64,000 nt of DNA from the human T2T-CHM13v2.0 reference genome, Homo sapiens (GCF_009914755.1 NC_060925.1); one strand, 5' to 3'; numbered from the stretch's first letter, positions 29,130-48,275 are shown. A program made the numbers and translations. Notes: generated by a model from the letters alone, not told the origin.

Positions 29130-29485
29130 TTCATGGTCCCAAAGATTAAATGGCTGGGCATAGCAAGTGCTCACCAAATTCTGAACCTTTGCAGTTTAGC
29201 AGGCTCATGTGACAAGTTCTGGTCAGTGGGCTATGAGCAGACAGGACCTATGTCACTTGTGGATGAGACAGGGAAGACTGGCTGGGTTCCCCATGAGCTC
29301 CCTTCCTGCCTGGTGAGTCTTGAGTGTTGAGAGGGCGGCATCACAAAGCATGAAGTTCCCATCAGTGTGAGCCCCTACATGGCTAAATGGCTCCTCATTT
29401 CACTTGAATCTGTACCTTGAATGACAAAGCAAAAGCCTCTTCATGTGAAGTCACTGGGCTATTAGGTTTAAACTGTCACCACAGG
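29130..29485. mobile_element. Old MaLR LTR (MLT1-type)
   Basis: catgtgacaagttctggtcagtgggctatgagcag motif; degenerate. Confidence 0.5.
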
Positions 29486-30298
29486 TAATGGTTATTTAGG
29501 GGTGTTACACAATACCTAGCAAAAAATTATATGCATTCATCCTCTGACTCAGTGTTCCATTTCCAGGAATCTTCCCCAGTCGGAAGAAAGGAAGGAAAGG
29601 AAGGGAGAAAACAAATAATGCTTCCACAGGACTATCAACTGCAGAGGAAATGGTTTCTGAATATTTGTTAACAAATACACACTAAGGACATTACTTCATC
29701 CTTTTACTCTTTAGGCATCATTCTTTCCTCTACTCGAAAAGTGAAAATAACATCTATTGACTTTAGAGTTATGTTCTGGAAATACTGGTGTATTTACCTT
29801 GTCTTTTTGCTCACTCATGCATATTTGCATGCATCTTCCGGATTCAGAGAGTGATGGAAGCAGTTTCCTATGTTTACACATTGATGTCTGGGTGGCAGCA
29901 AGGCTAGGGGCATAAGAAGCAGATAGTATCCTGAGTTATCTGTGGGAAAAGCAGGTTTTTTTTTCCTTAGGAATCAAGTTACCGTCCTTTTGAGGACACA
30001 AGAGGTTGCAGAAGACTGTGGGTTTTGGCTTTTAATACAAAGTAAGATCCTTTTAGTTTTTATATACACAGCCTATAATACCTTAATTTCCTCAAGGGGT
30101 TTGGCTTCATTTGCATTTTACACAGTGCAATTTTGCAAGATCCCCTTTCCTTTCTCCCTTTGGGTAAATAGGCAGGGCGAGTGCATTTCTTGCCAACCTT
30201 CTGAAAGATAAAGTGCTTTTTATGTTTTCTCCCAAGGTCTCATTAAGTGGAGCATCTGAGGAAATGAGAACCTATGATGATGCCACCCTCAAACACAC

Positions 30299-30760
30299 GA
30301 CTGCCTCTGTGAGCATTTTTCAGTGAACTGCATCTTTCAGAATGACACTCCCACCTCAGCGCCCACGTCTTGGCCTTGTACCGCGTTCAGAAGGCGACCT
30401 GTGGCCGGCACACAGCATTGGAGAAGTCGCCGGTGTGATGAGAATGCCCAATGTGCCCCGAGCAGCCGTCTGTGGCAGAAGCCAGCCCTCACAAATCAAA
30501 ACACCACTCTGTCGTGCACGGTGACGTGGAAAGTTTTTGAAGAGGGAATCTCTGCCCTACGCAGTTAGCGGCTGGGGCTTGACCACAATGCATAATGAGC
30601 GGGCAGCGGCTGAGCTGCAGATGATGCCTGCTGCTCTGGAGTCCACGCTACTGTCCCTCTTTTCCCGGGTAAAGCTGGAAGCTGAACTGGGAACCCCGGG
30701 GCAATCATCAAGATGCAGAATGTGAACGATAATGCTGCAACCGCAACGCACTCGTCATAA
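30299..30760. promoter_or_regulatory. Orphan CpG-rich patch, candidate enhancer or promoter
   Basis: About 25 CpGs hand-counted in about 460 bp; not recognisable as a repeat; the background is CpG-depleted. Confidence 0.45.
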
Positions 30761-31221
30761 ATATGCACCACACCATAAAGATATAGAAATGGGGGTGGAT
30801 GGAAGAGGGGAAACTGTCACCCTGGAAATGGCTGCAGAAGGAGCCAGCTGCAGAGAATGAGGCAAGGAAGATTCCTAAGGAGAAGCTTCACTGGTGGAGG
30901 AGCCTTGGATCTTTTAATTGCATTTCATTACAGTGGAGATAAGAGTGTTGGGAAATGCTGTGTCTTTTTGCCCCTGCCATATTTCTGGCCATGCTAGTGA
31001 TTCGCACATAGCGGAGGAAGCCACAGAGTTAGTGTTGGTTGACCTGTTGGGTCCTGGGGCCATTCCGAGTTTTGAAGCTCAACAGATGGGAGCATGACCC
31101 ATGGAGGTAAGGCAAGTAGAAATGAGGAATTAGTAATGAGCACCATTTTGAATATGTCATCCTTAAACTTGTAGTGAGACATTCCAATGGAGAGGTATGT
31201 CAAAGGTATGAAATTAAAGAG

Positions 31222-31365
31222 TAGGGCTGAAAGTTCCAACCCTCTCTCTACTCATGGCTTCATCTTTCTGGTGGTAGCTCCCAGCCTGGAGCTACCTAGG
31301 GGCTCCTGCCAGGAGTCATCTTATCAGCATACAAAAGAAATTCTTATCACTCTACAGATTCTGTG
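31222..31365 (-). mobile_element. MER21-like LTR fragment
   Basis: gggctgaaagttccaaccctct...gctacctaggggctcc. Confidence 0.5.
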
Positions 31366-32214
31366 CCACCGGGAACAATATACAGTCAGGCACCAGACTC
31401 AATATACAGTTGTGCACCACGGAGGGGGTGCCTTCTGAGAAAAGGCCATTTCCTCACTGTGCAAACATCACAGTGAACTTATATAAACCTAGATGGTAGA
31501 GCCTCCTACACACGTAGGCTAGATGGTATATCATATTGCTCCTAGGCTACACTCATGTCACCTTACTGAATACTATAGGCAACTGTAACACATGGTAAGC
31601 ATTGTGTATCTAAACATAGAAAAGTTACCATACAAATATAATATAAAAGATTTTTAACAAGGTACACCACATAGGGCACTTACCATGAACGGAGCTTGCA
31701 GGACGGGAAGTGGCTCTAGATGAGTCAGTGAGTGAGTAGTGAGTGAATGTGAAGACCTAGGATGTCTGAGATGTTACACTACAGTACTGTCGACTTTATC
31801 AACACTGTACACTTAGGCTACACTCAATTCATGTAAACTCTTCTTTAATAGTAAATTAATCTTTGCTTACTGTAACTTTTCAAATTTATGCATGTTTTAA
31901 TGTTTTTAACTTTGACTTTTTGTAATAAAACAGCTTAAAACATAAACACAATGTACAGGTATATACAAATATTTTTTATATTCTTTTCTATAACTTTTTT
32001 CTATTTTTAGATTTTTTTAAAAAAAATTATGTTAAAAACTAAGACATAAACACACATACTGCCCTAGGCCTACACAGGGTCAGGACCATCAATATCATTA
32101 TCTTCCACCTACACATCTTGTCCCACTGCAAGGTCTTCAGGTGGCAATAACACTCATGGAGGTCCATTTTTATATATAGGAATACACTCTAAAATAATGA
32201 TAGAAAGTATAGCA

Positions 32215-33798
<1,584 letters not shown>

Positions 33799-34177
33799 TG
33801 TATTAGTCCATTCTCATGCTGCTGTGAAAAATTACCTGAGACTGGGTAATTTATAAAGGAAAGAGGTTTAATTGAGTCACAGTTCCACATTGCTGGGGAG
33901 GCCTCAGGAAACTTACAATCATGACAGAAGGCAAAGAAGAAGCAGGCACCTTCTTCACAGGGCAGCGGGATGGAGTGAGTGCAAGCAGGGGAAATGCCAG
34001 ATGCTTATAAAACCATCAGATCTCATGAGAACTCACTCAGTATCAGGAGAACAGCATGGGGGAAACCACCACCATGATCCAGTTACCTCCACCTGGTCTT
34101 ACCCATGACACCTGGGGATTATAGAGATTACAATTCAAGGTGAGATTTGAATGGAGACACAGGGCCAAACCATATCA
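33799..34177 (-). mobile_element. THE1 (C/D-like) solo LTR
   Basis: TGTATTAGTCCATTCTCATGCTGC...CCAAACCATATCA; 5-bp TSD TATCC/TACCC. Confidence 0.9.
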
Positions 34178-35554
34178 TACCCCTTGGTAAATACTAGGCT
34201 ACAGGAATTTTTCAACTCCATGATAATTTTATGGGACCCCTTTCACATAGGCAGTCCATTGTTAAATGTTATATGGTACATGACTATATGTATATATCTT
34301 AATTATACCACACAAGGTTACAAGTCTTCTACAAGCACATTGTTCAGAAGGGCTTTTCTTTGGTTTCACCCTAAAAATCTTGTCTCCCAGTGTTTGTCAG
34401 TGTTCTAGACTTGGTCCTAGTCAGATAGACTTTCATCTATGACACTCACACACACTAAAGGATACAAACTAGACCAGCCACATATTAATTTGCAAAAGAA
34501 CATTTTCCTTTTCTGTCATTGGGATGCTCATGTCTTCCATCCTGGGGCCATCTTCTAGTATCAGAATACCTGGAAAACCAAAATAGCAATGAAAAGACTT
34601 CTTTGTGGGCATGAAGTTGGAGCTAATGAAATAGGCTGAAGGGATATTCTACCTGGCTTTGGTGAGACCCAGAGAATCACCTATGCTCCGTAACAGTGCT
34701 ATTCTCTCAGTGATAGAAAAAAAATGGTGTATCTAGGGTTTATTGTCTCTCTTGCTAGATGTTACTAAGTAAACACAGCTGGCATCGAGCATTTGAACTC
34801 TATTCTTCTATGCTAAATGCCCATACCTTCTGTTCATAGGCTATTTCTTCAAACAGGGTAATTTATCATAGGTGTTTCTGATTAAGAAATGGTAATCTTA
34901 TTTCATCCTACTCAGAGTTCTGAGTGCTTCTAAACTCTTAAAATACATGTTTAAACACCGTTTCTTGGAATTCTCCTTCTGCTGCCTAACCATATTCTAT
35001 TTCCTTTATTTATGGGTTTTACAGGTTTAACTCATAATAATGCATGCACCTCAAAGTTAACAATAATAGCCATGGTTTATGGAGGGTCCTCCATGTACCT
35101 GTATTTCAGTTAGGCTCTTTCAGCTGCAAGTAACAGAGACCCACACACATTAACTCAAGAAAGGAAGCAGGTGGGGAGGAGAAAAACATATTATAGAAAA
35201 GGATGGGAGAGCTGCATGGGAAACCAAGAACAGAAACCAAAGTCTAACCCAGCATCATGAAGAGGCTGCACTAGAGAAGTCAGTAGCAAAATTCTGTGGA
35301 TCTTCTCTCAATTATTGCACCTTTAAAGAAACACAAATGCTTTCAAATATTTGCTCTATTCTCTTCTTGCCGGTGTCCTTGACTTCTATTTTGTATATCT
35401 TTTCTCATGATCGTAGCTTTTGCCTATTTACAATTGAAATTTGTGATGCACCCTCTTGGTCAGGATTGTATTTCATTATTTTTCTCACTTTTGTGTTTCC
35501 ATTGCCTACAGTTAATTCTCTTGTTTTCCCAATGCTCATTTCCAAAAGTAAGTA

Positions 35555-35917
35555 CAGATGCTTCTTGACTTATGATGAGGTTAGATCCCAATGAGCTCAC
35601 TGTAACCTGAAAAAATCATAAGTCAAACATGCATTTAATACACCTAACCTACCAAACATCATAGCTTAGCCAAGTCTACCTTAAATGTGCTTAGAACACT
35701 TACCTGAGCCTACAGTTGGGCAGAATCATCTAACACAAAGTCTATTTTATCATGAGGCACTGAGTAGATCATGTAATGTCTTAAATACTTTACTGAAAGT
35801 GAAAGACAGAATGATGTATGGGTACTCAAAGTATGGCTTCCATTGAATGTGTATGGATTTTGCACCACCGTAAAGTCAAAAAATTTTGTCGAACCATTAC
35901 AAATCAGGGACCATCTG
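35555..35917. mobile_element. MER47A-like Tigger MITE
   Basis: TIRs CAGATG...CATCTG flanked by TA on both sides; internal match to remembered MER47 consensus. Confidence 0.85.
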
Positions 35918-36469
35918 TATTTGATTAGCCCAACTCATCTTTTTCAGGGATGTTTCTTTTTACACCAAATTAATTCATGGTTACCTTGAGTCAGATGCGT
36001 GCTTACAATCCAATGAGCCACGGCTGATGAGGACATTGCTGTAATGTGTATATATAACGTGGCTGCTTAAGATCCATTCATCTATAGGGACAGTGAGAAG
36101 AACCATTTTCCTCAGCAAGGCAGGAACCATGATTGGACAATTTATCTAAGTATCTTGCTAAATTGCACACATTAGCACACTTAATTCTCCCAAGAAATGT
36201 GGTGCAGATATTATTATCCCCAATTTGTGGAAAAAGAAATCTAACCTTAATAAGATTTAGCTCCAAATCATGCAGTTTTTAAGTGGCAGATAAAGTTACC
36301 TCAATAGAGATTGTTAAGCTTTAAGTGTCCCCACAGCCCATCGTTTAATAGCCCGGGATTTTTGGAGGTAGAGATCTTATCTGAAAAACTAGGGACAAGG
36401 TGTTCCTGTGGCCGTTGAGCACACACTAGGAACACATGCTGTACATTCTGTCACAATAGTTAACATTTT

Positions 36470-36690
36470 CTAACATTTTTAATGTACCAGGCACTGTTCC
36501 CAATGTTGAAAATGAATTCTCTCCTTGAACCTTCATTACAACCCTATGAAATAGGTGCAATTATTGTCCTCTCTTCATAGGTAAAAACTAAGGTACAAAA
36601 GGAAACAGAGGTTCAGTCAAAGAAAGTGACCTTGTTAACGTTAGTGACCTGCAACTCGAATCCAGGTTGACTAAATTCAAACCCTATATA
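36470..36690. mobile_element. MIR fragment
   Basis: tgtaccaggcactgttc...acaaccctatgaaataggtgcaattattgtcctc...ggaaacagaggttcag. Confidence 0.65.
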
Positions 36691-37108
36691 CCTGTTAGAG
36701 GCAATAGTCACTGAGGAGGACATCTCAAAGTCTGCCCCCCTTTTCCACTGAAGGGGGGATAGTAGCAACATTTTTCTGATTCAGGAAGGGAAATCTGTAC
36801 TGCACATTAGGGATAACTTTGTGACCATAAAACTTGGGCTAAATAGAATCTCCAAAGAAATTTGAAAATCTCCTTTCCTATTCATATTCTCCCCCACCTT
36901 TTCTCTTTATATCCAAAAATCCCTCCTTGCCTTTAAAGAGGTTGCCAATTTCTTTTCTGAATGGATTTTAATGGACTTGCCTATCTCTCAGGTTCTGCTT
37001 CTGAAATCATAAGAAAATTCTGCTTCCCGGGGGAGAAAAATGTCAATCAGAAGTCAGGAACAGAACGTGACTTGCACTAGAGTGACCAGGGCTGCCAAAA
37101 AACAGAAC

Positions 37109-37611
37109 TGTGACTGCTGATAGTTACCCCTGCGGGTCTGCAGCAACCTCCATTCTTGCCTCCTCAGAAGAAAGAATTTGACTGAGGGGCAGAAGGAGAT
37201 TCTGAGGCAAGTTTTAGAGCAGGAGGGAAAGTTTATCGAAAAGCTTTTGAGCGGGAAGGAAAGGGAAGAAAGGAAGGAAAGCACACTTATAAGAGGGCCA
37301 AGCAGGCGATTTGAGAGACCAAGCCTGCAACTTGACCTCTTAACTTGGGGGTTTTGTACATTGGCATACTTCCAGGATCTTGCGTCACTCTTCCCCACTC
37401 TTGAGATCTCATTGAGAAGCTGCTGATCATTTTCAGGTGTTTTCTATCTATTAGGAGCCTGCCTTTCCCTGTTGCCAGCTGTGACCAATTATTACTTTAG
37501 AGAAACACTTAACAACCGCCTGACCGTCACCTGATGGTCGCCCAACATTTCTGATGTGTTTGGGAGAAGCCCCCTCCTGCCCTGCTCATAGACTAGCCAC
37601 CTACTGTAACA
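37109..37611 (-). mobile_element. ERV1 solo LTR (MER83/MER84-like), antisense
   Basis: TG...CA termini (ends cctactgtaaca); 4-bp TSD GAAC at 37105-37108 and 37612-37615. Confidence 0.8.
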
Positions 37612-38771
37612 GAACTCCCATTAGACTCTGGGGAAAGGGATTCCCACTTTACATTCCCCAAGGTTAGTAGTGCTCACCTAATGTCATCTGAATCAGAAAT
37701 GACAGGCAGTCAATTCTGTCTTTATTGATCGTTAACAGGGTGGTTGGAAATGAAGTATTTGAAAGAAAAAAAAACAAATGACCAGAATTCTGGAACAGAG
37801 ACATTTCATTGCAGAAATGCAGCAGATAATGGAGAAAGGTTATCCTGTCCCAGATAGGAAAAAGGGGAAGAGTGTGCTGAGCATCTCTCTGTCCTCTGGC
37901 TGCCCAGCTCTTTGCTGCACCCCTGACTCAGCTCGTGTTACTGTCTGCAGTTGTGCTTGGTGGTGGGCAGTGTACATGTCTGAAGGCCAGTATCCAGGTG
38001 CCTAGGACACAGCAAATACTCAATAAATGTTTTCTGAATTCTTAGTGTCATCCTTTGTTATGTAGGTGGCAAAATCGAGATGCAGAGAACAGTCTTACCC
38101 ATAGCTAATCAAAGAGTCGAGGGAGTCCCGAAGTCTCCCTGTGGAAATCCTCTCTCTCACTTGCCAGCTTCAGGGGCCTCATGTAGGTTTACTCTTTTCC
38201 TGGAGGAGCCAAGTTCTAAGACATCCGAATTTGCTGGACTCCATCCTGGGGGTCTGTCCTCTGACTCCCTCCCTTTCCTGGTTCTTAGGAAGATCCTGCC
38301 TTCCAGCCTAATCTATACATGACTGCACTTGGACTGCCAGAGGCACAAGCCCATGTCTTCTAGGCTTCTGTTTAGCCCCTGCCTTTGAGGAAAACCTACC
38401 CCAAAACTATGAGGAAAAACATTGCTGGCTGAGTGACACAGCTGCAAGGACCCACGTCCTTTAAAAGCATAGAGACCCCCAACCCTCTCTCATTTATCCA
38501 AAGAATAAGGGGGCACTGTGAGACAACCTAAGGGTTGATACCTGTTCAAGGCTGTCTGGCCAAGTGTAGCCCCGAAGTACCACAGTAAACCATGAGCAAT
38601 GTGGGAACAACTTCCCTGGTTTCCTTTTCCCACTTCCTGCATTTCATTGTGGGCATCTGGTGATGAGGAGGTAATGACTTCTTGGGCATTAATTGTCTTG
38701 TTTTTCTTACAGATCTGAATATGGCCTGGGGCTGGATAGAAGGAATGAAATTAAGCCAGCTGTTGTTCCAT

Positions 38772-38813
38772 TTTTTTCTTTTTGTCTTTTATTTTCTTTC
38801 TCTTTTCTTTTTT

Positions 38814-38847
<34 letters not shown>
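38772..38847. repeat. T-rich / poly-T tract
   Basis: Visible T run of more than 30 nt with a T-rich lead-in. Confidence 0.9.
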
Positions 38848-38848
<1 letters not shown>

Positions 38849-40199
38849 GCTGATTTTAGATCTGCCTCAGGCTTCATCTTTTACTTCTTTTCCCCATTCC
38901 CCTTTCACAATCTTACAATCTTTCCTGTCCTTAAAATGCAGTGGGGCAGATGCCAAGGAGAAGGTAGTTGGCTTAGACTCGGCAGAGTTTTAGAGAGTCC
39001 ATGTTTCTAGTAGGTAGAGTGATGAGGGAGTTTATCTAATCTAATAAGCTCATTTTGCAAGAAGCTGCAGTTCAGGGAATTGAAACGATCTGCCCAAGAT
39101 CGTGGAGAGAATGGGTGGAGGAGAAGAAAATAAATCCATTGTCTTATTTTCAATCAGGCCCTCACAGCTATGGTACAATTGGTGGGGGAAGGAAAATGAA
39201 TAGTAAATTTAACAGTATTATGACTATTTCAAGATCTACCACAGAGTTGCAGACATGCAGAGCTTAATAATACTTTGCTTGCATAAAGACAATATCCCTC
39301 ATTTCCTGCTAGAGAGAAAAAAAAAAGACAATATCCCTTGTGCATCTGGAGTTTTAGCAAAAATGGAAGTTTATTTGCCATAATTTTTTTGCATTTCACT
39401 TCTTAGTATCTTAAAGAGCAGAACACAGCAGGATTCATTTTCTTGCATGGTAAGAAGCTTTCATACACAGAATTAATTGGTCAGCATTTTGCTACTGAGG
39501 CTTCACAGCATGATTGTTTCCATTTTATAGCTTCTGATACCTTGGGTTCCATAATGATGGTAATAAATGCTCCCCATGACTTTGCAGAGTTATCTGCATA
39601 GCCCCATAGCTGTACTCTGAGAAAGGAGTTTCATTGCCATAAATTCAAGGAATGGACAGTTGAGCAGTAAAACCAAGTCTCAAACCATAAATGGTGTCAT
39701 CCAGTGTCATCTAGTGAGGTTAAGTTAGTAGACATATGGGAGGAATAAAGCTTTAGGAAGTTGTGTTAACTTTGATCTATTATGTAGGCATTTTATTCCC
39801 TGGTACTTGACTATTCTGTCTACTACTATATATAGGCAAAGGTGTTTTCACTTCTAGGCTTTCTAGTTTTTTAGATTAAGAAAAATTTATTAGAAATTAA
39901 ATATTAAAACAAAAAATAAATGGTTTGATTTTTTTGCCATATTCTAAAGTGGGCTCCTGCCCTAGGAGAGTTGCTCTGAAGCAATAGTTTTCACACGGTG
40001 TACCACTCAGGCTCAGGCTGTTTGGATGGGCCTCGGATAGGAGTTAGTAGGGGAAAGGGGCTTGAGAGGAGTGGAAGGGGCAGGGCTTCAGGGCTCCAAC
40101 CTGTGCTTCAGTCAGAGAAGATAGAGCTGTTGTTCCCTCCCTTCTTTCCTTCCTTCTTCCCTCCCTTCCTTCCTTTTTCTTTTTTTTTAATGGGGGCTG

Positions 40200-40493
40200 A
40201 TTTGTTTGTGCAACAGGGTCTTGCTCTGTCGCCCAGGCTGGAAGGTAGAGGTGTGATTACAGCTGACTGCAGCCTCAAATTTCTGGGCTCAAGTGATCTT
40301 CCAGCCTCAGTCTCCCTCCAGAGTAGCTGGAACTACAGACACATGCCACAGCCCCCAGCTATTTTTGTGTGTGTGTGAAAATGGGGTCTTGCCATGTTGC
40401 TCAGGCTGGTCTCAAACTCAGAGGCTCAAGTGATCTTCTCACCTTGGCCTCCCAAAGTGCTGGGATTACAGGCAGGAGCCACCATGCCTGGCC
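40200..40493 (-). mobile_element. AluJ, antisense
   Basis: J-type diagnostics (ctgcagcctcaaatttctgggctcaagtgatc). Confidence 0.9.
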
Positions 40494-40515
40494 TTTTCTT
40501 CCCCTTTTTCCCTCC

Positions 40516-40885
40516 TGTTTTAGTGCAGCCTGCTTTATCAAACTGTCATAGACTGGATGGCTTATAAACCACAAAAATTTGTTTCTCACGGTTCTAGGGG
40601 CTGGAAGTCTGAGATTAGGGTGCCATTATAATCAGATTCTGGTGAGGACCCTCTTCCAGGTAGCTGACTGCTGACTTCTCATTGACAGCAGAGGAAAGAG
40701 AGAAAGCTTCCCCATGACATTTATAAAGCACTAACCACATTCACAAGGCTCCACCCTCATGACCTCATCTAACTGCAATCACCTCCCAAAGGGCTGACAT
40801 AATATAATACCATCACATTGGGGAGTAGGGTTTCAACGTACGAATTTTGTGGGGACACAGACATACAAACATTCAACCCATTGTA
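40516..40885 (-). mobile_element. MLT1A-like MaLR LTR, antisense
   Basis: catagactggatggcttataaaccac...catcacattgggg...acattcaacccattgta. Confidence 0.8.
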
Positions 40886-40988
40886 CTTTCCTTCCTTCTT
40901 CCTTCCCTCACTTCCTTCTTTCCCTCCCTCCTTCCTACTTTCCTTCCTTCCTTTGCTCCATTTTTCTAAATTTCTGACTAAGACAGCC

Positions 40989-44460
<3,472 letters not shown>

Positions 44461-44753
44461 TCTAAATACAGTTCAGAGACTATATTTAGGGAGATTATAT
44501 ATTAAGTATTTTTAAATCATTTTAATTGAAATAGAATTCACAAACAATAAGACACATTATTTTAAATGTCCAGTCCAATGAGCTTTGACAAATATATACA
44601 ATTGTGTAACCACCATCTCAGTCAAGATGTAGAACATTTTCAATCCCCAAAAGTTTCCTCATGACCAACGCTCCTTCCGGAGCCCAAGCCCCAGGCAACC
44701 ACAGCTCTGCTTTCTGTCACGATAATCTGGCCTTTGCTAGAATGCCATAAAAA

Positions 44754-45390
44754 GTGGAAGACAGTGTGGAGATTCCTCAAGGATCTAGAACCAGAAATAC
44801 CATTTGACCCAGCAATCCCATTACTCGGTATATACCCAAAGGATTATAAATCATTCTACTATAAAGACACATGTGCATGTATGTTTATTGCAGCGCTATT
44901 TACAATAGCAAAGACTTGGAACCAACCCAAATGCCCATCAGTGATAGACTGGATAAAGAAAATGTGGCACATATACACCATGGAATATTATGCAGCCATA
45001 AATAAGAATGAATTCATGTCCTTTGCAGAGACATGGACAAAGCTGGAAACCATCATTCTCAGCAAGGTAACACAGTAACAGAAAACCAAACACCAAATGT
45101 TCTCACTCATACGTGAGAGTTGAACACATGGACACAGGGAGGGGAACATCACACACCGGGCCTGTCAGTGGGTTGGGGGCAAGGGGAGGGAGAACATTAG
45201 GACAAATACCTAATGCACGTGGGGCTTAAAACCTAGATGACGGGGTGATAGATGCAGCAAACCACCATGGCACATGTATACCTGTGTAACAAACCTGCAC
45301 CTTCTGCACATGTATCCCATAAATTAAAGTAAAATTTAAAATGTATATAATATATAAATAAAAACCTAACAGTTTAGTCACGTAAAAAAA
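44754..45390 (+). mobile_element. L1PA8-like 3' fragment
   Basis: ORF2 C-terminus plus 3'UTR with ggggcttaaaacctagatgac diagnostic. Confidence 0.85.
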
Positions 45391-45955
45391 AAGAGAGAAA
45401 ATATCAAAAAAAATGGGAGCAAACAATCTTCTCTTTGCTGGTGTGTTTGGTGTCTTTCACTTAACATAACATGCTTTTGAGATTCATTCATGTAGTTGGG
45501 TGTATTCATCATTTACTGTGATTGCTGAATAGTGTTCCACTGCATGGGCATACCACAATGGACTTACTAATCCCTTTTTCTGTGAAAGGGTAGTTAGGTT
45601 CTTTCCCATTTTTTAATCTATTATGAATAAAGATGCTCTGAATACTCTCATGCATACCTTTGTGTGAATATATGTTTTCATTTCTTTTGGGTAAGTAGCT
45701 AGGAGTAGAATTGCTAGGTCAAATGGTGGGTACATATTTACTTTTAAAGAAACTCTCTGTGTCCCAAAGTAGCTGTTTATATATCTCATTGTGGTTTTAA
45801 TTTGCATTTTCTTCTTGATTAATGGTGCTGAGCATCTCTTCATGTGCCTTTTTTTTTTTTTCTGGAAAGTCTCTATTGAGATATTGTGCCCATTTTAATT
45901 GGATTATTCAAATTATTATTATTGACCTATAAGGGTTGTCAGGTATATGCATTGA

Positions 45956-46374
<419 letters not shown>

Positions 46375-47409
46375 TTATGGTACAGAATTTTTGTGACCTC
46401 TCTTGGAAAACTTTACCTAACCTAAAGTAACAAAGATTTCATGTTTTCCCTTGTTTCCTGATAGATGTTTTATAGTGTTAGCTTAAACAAGTAGGTCTGC
46501 AATCTGTTTAATTTTTCTATTTGGTATGATAAAAGGGTTGAGGTTCTCTCTCATATTTCCTGAAATATGTATAATCCATTTTTCCAGCACTGTTGTTTGA
46601 AATCCATTCCCAATTGAATTACTTTGAGAGCTTTGTCTGAAATCAATTGACTTTATACATGAGAGTCTTTTTCTTGGTCTTCTAATCTGATCCACTGGTC
46701 TGTATATCTATTCTTAAAGAAGTGAAGACAGTTTTGAGCATCACCTGAGCACTGGGAGGGGCTGACTTTGGCTGTAGAAGAGTCAAGCTGATGCTTGAAA
46801 GCCACCATTGCCATTGCTGAGCCTCCCTCCACATTGTCCATGAGGAGGAGCTACTTTTTTTCCCTCCAGGAAAGAGCCTTTCATCAATGGAGGTTTTTGC
46901 ATGGCAGATGCCCCCCGACAGGCCCTGAGACGTGACTGAGCCTCATCCAAACTGCCCTGCTGTTTGCTTCCCTTTCGATGGCCCAGGATACGTTGTCAGT
47001 CACCCCCCAAAAGAGCACAGTGTCCTGCAGGAGGTGCCATTTGGAAAGGACAGCCCCCTATTCACTCTCCTCTCCAGATTAAACAGCCCCAGTTTCTTCA
47101 ATGATGCTTATAGGAGAGAAAAGTACAAAGTACTTCAAGTGAATTACTCATTTAATCCTGAGAACAATTCCAAGATTTAAGAAATGAAAAAACATATATA
47201 TGCATATATTCATATGTGAAACTATGCATACATATGCATGTATATTTTACATGTATATGTGTTTTATTTCTCTAACCATTTTAGCAAATTGCCTCTAATA
47301 TGTTTCTATTGATATATTCCTTTTTAGTGGGATATTAAAACTTTTATTATGTTTTTGTACCTTAATGTCTATCACAGTGTCTTAAATGTCATAATAATAT
47401 AGTGTTGCT

Positions 47410-47465
47410 GTCAATGATGATAATGATGATGACGATGGTGGTGATGATGATGGTAATGATGACAG
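47410..47465. repeat. (GAT)n-like trinucleotide repeat
   Basis: atgatgataatgatgatgacgatggtggtgatgatgatgg. Confidence 0.8.
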
Positions 47466-48275
47466 TGAAGAAGCCACAGTAGGCCCATCAATTCCTAAGG
47501 CATGTACTTCCCAGTTTTAACCCTTTTAACATGTACCACTAATGAACGTTGATTGCAGTCATCTCTGCAATTATGTCATAACTCTTTAGAACAATCCTAA
47601 ACAGTAGACAGAGATACTGTGGAAAGACTTCTTGCCATCTATACACAAAGTAAAAGCTTGGCTAGAGACTTTCCACATTTGATTCTTCCCATTGCTGTCT
47701 GTCCACAGTGTCCACTGTTTTATTCCAAAGGGAAGATGAAGGTTTTGCCTTGAGGAGCAGATTAACTTCAATGGATCGTTAAATTATGCCTTTATTTGGT
47801 GGCTATGTTCTCCACCACCCTCAACCACCACCCCTACCTTTACACACACAGAGCTGTATTACAGACTTCCCATGGATGGAAGGATGGTGACCATATCTAG
47901 CACCCCCACCCACCTCCCAGCCACTTATTTTGAGATTGTGCACAGATCCTGCAGCAAAACACAACTCCATGTTAACTAGTTAGATAGATTCGGAAAAGCA
48001 TTTTCCCCACACTCCTTTTTAACTTGCTGCTAACTGAGTACAGAGTGAGCCAGCATGCATTCTTACAAGCTCTTTATCACTTTACATTAAAATTTGCAGA
48101 ACTCTGATCAATATTACTTCACAGGTTGAAAGGTAGTACACGCCACAATCTATCTAAATATGGGAAGCTATTGCTTTGGTCCAGCTAACTCCAGAGTAAA
48201 TAAGTTTACCCACTGCAGATGACATTAAATAGTAAATACATGATTTGAGTGTGTTCTTTTCCAGGTTGTATGTGA

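Noticed and set aside
30375-30410. Possible CTCF site
   Set aside because: Several mismatches to the core consensus.
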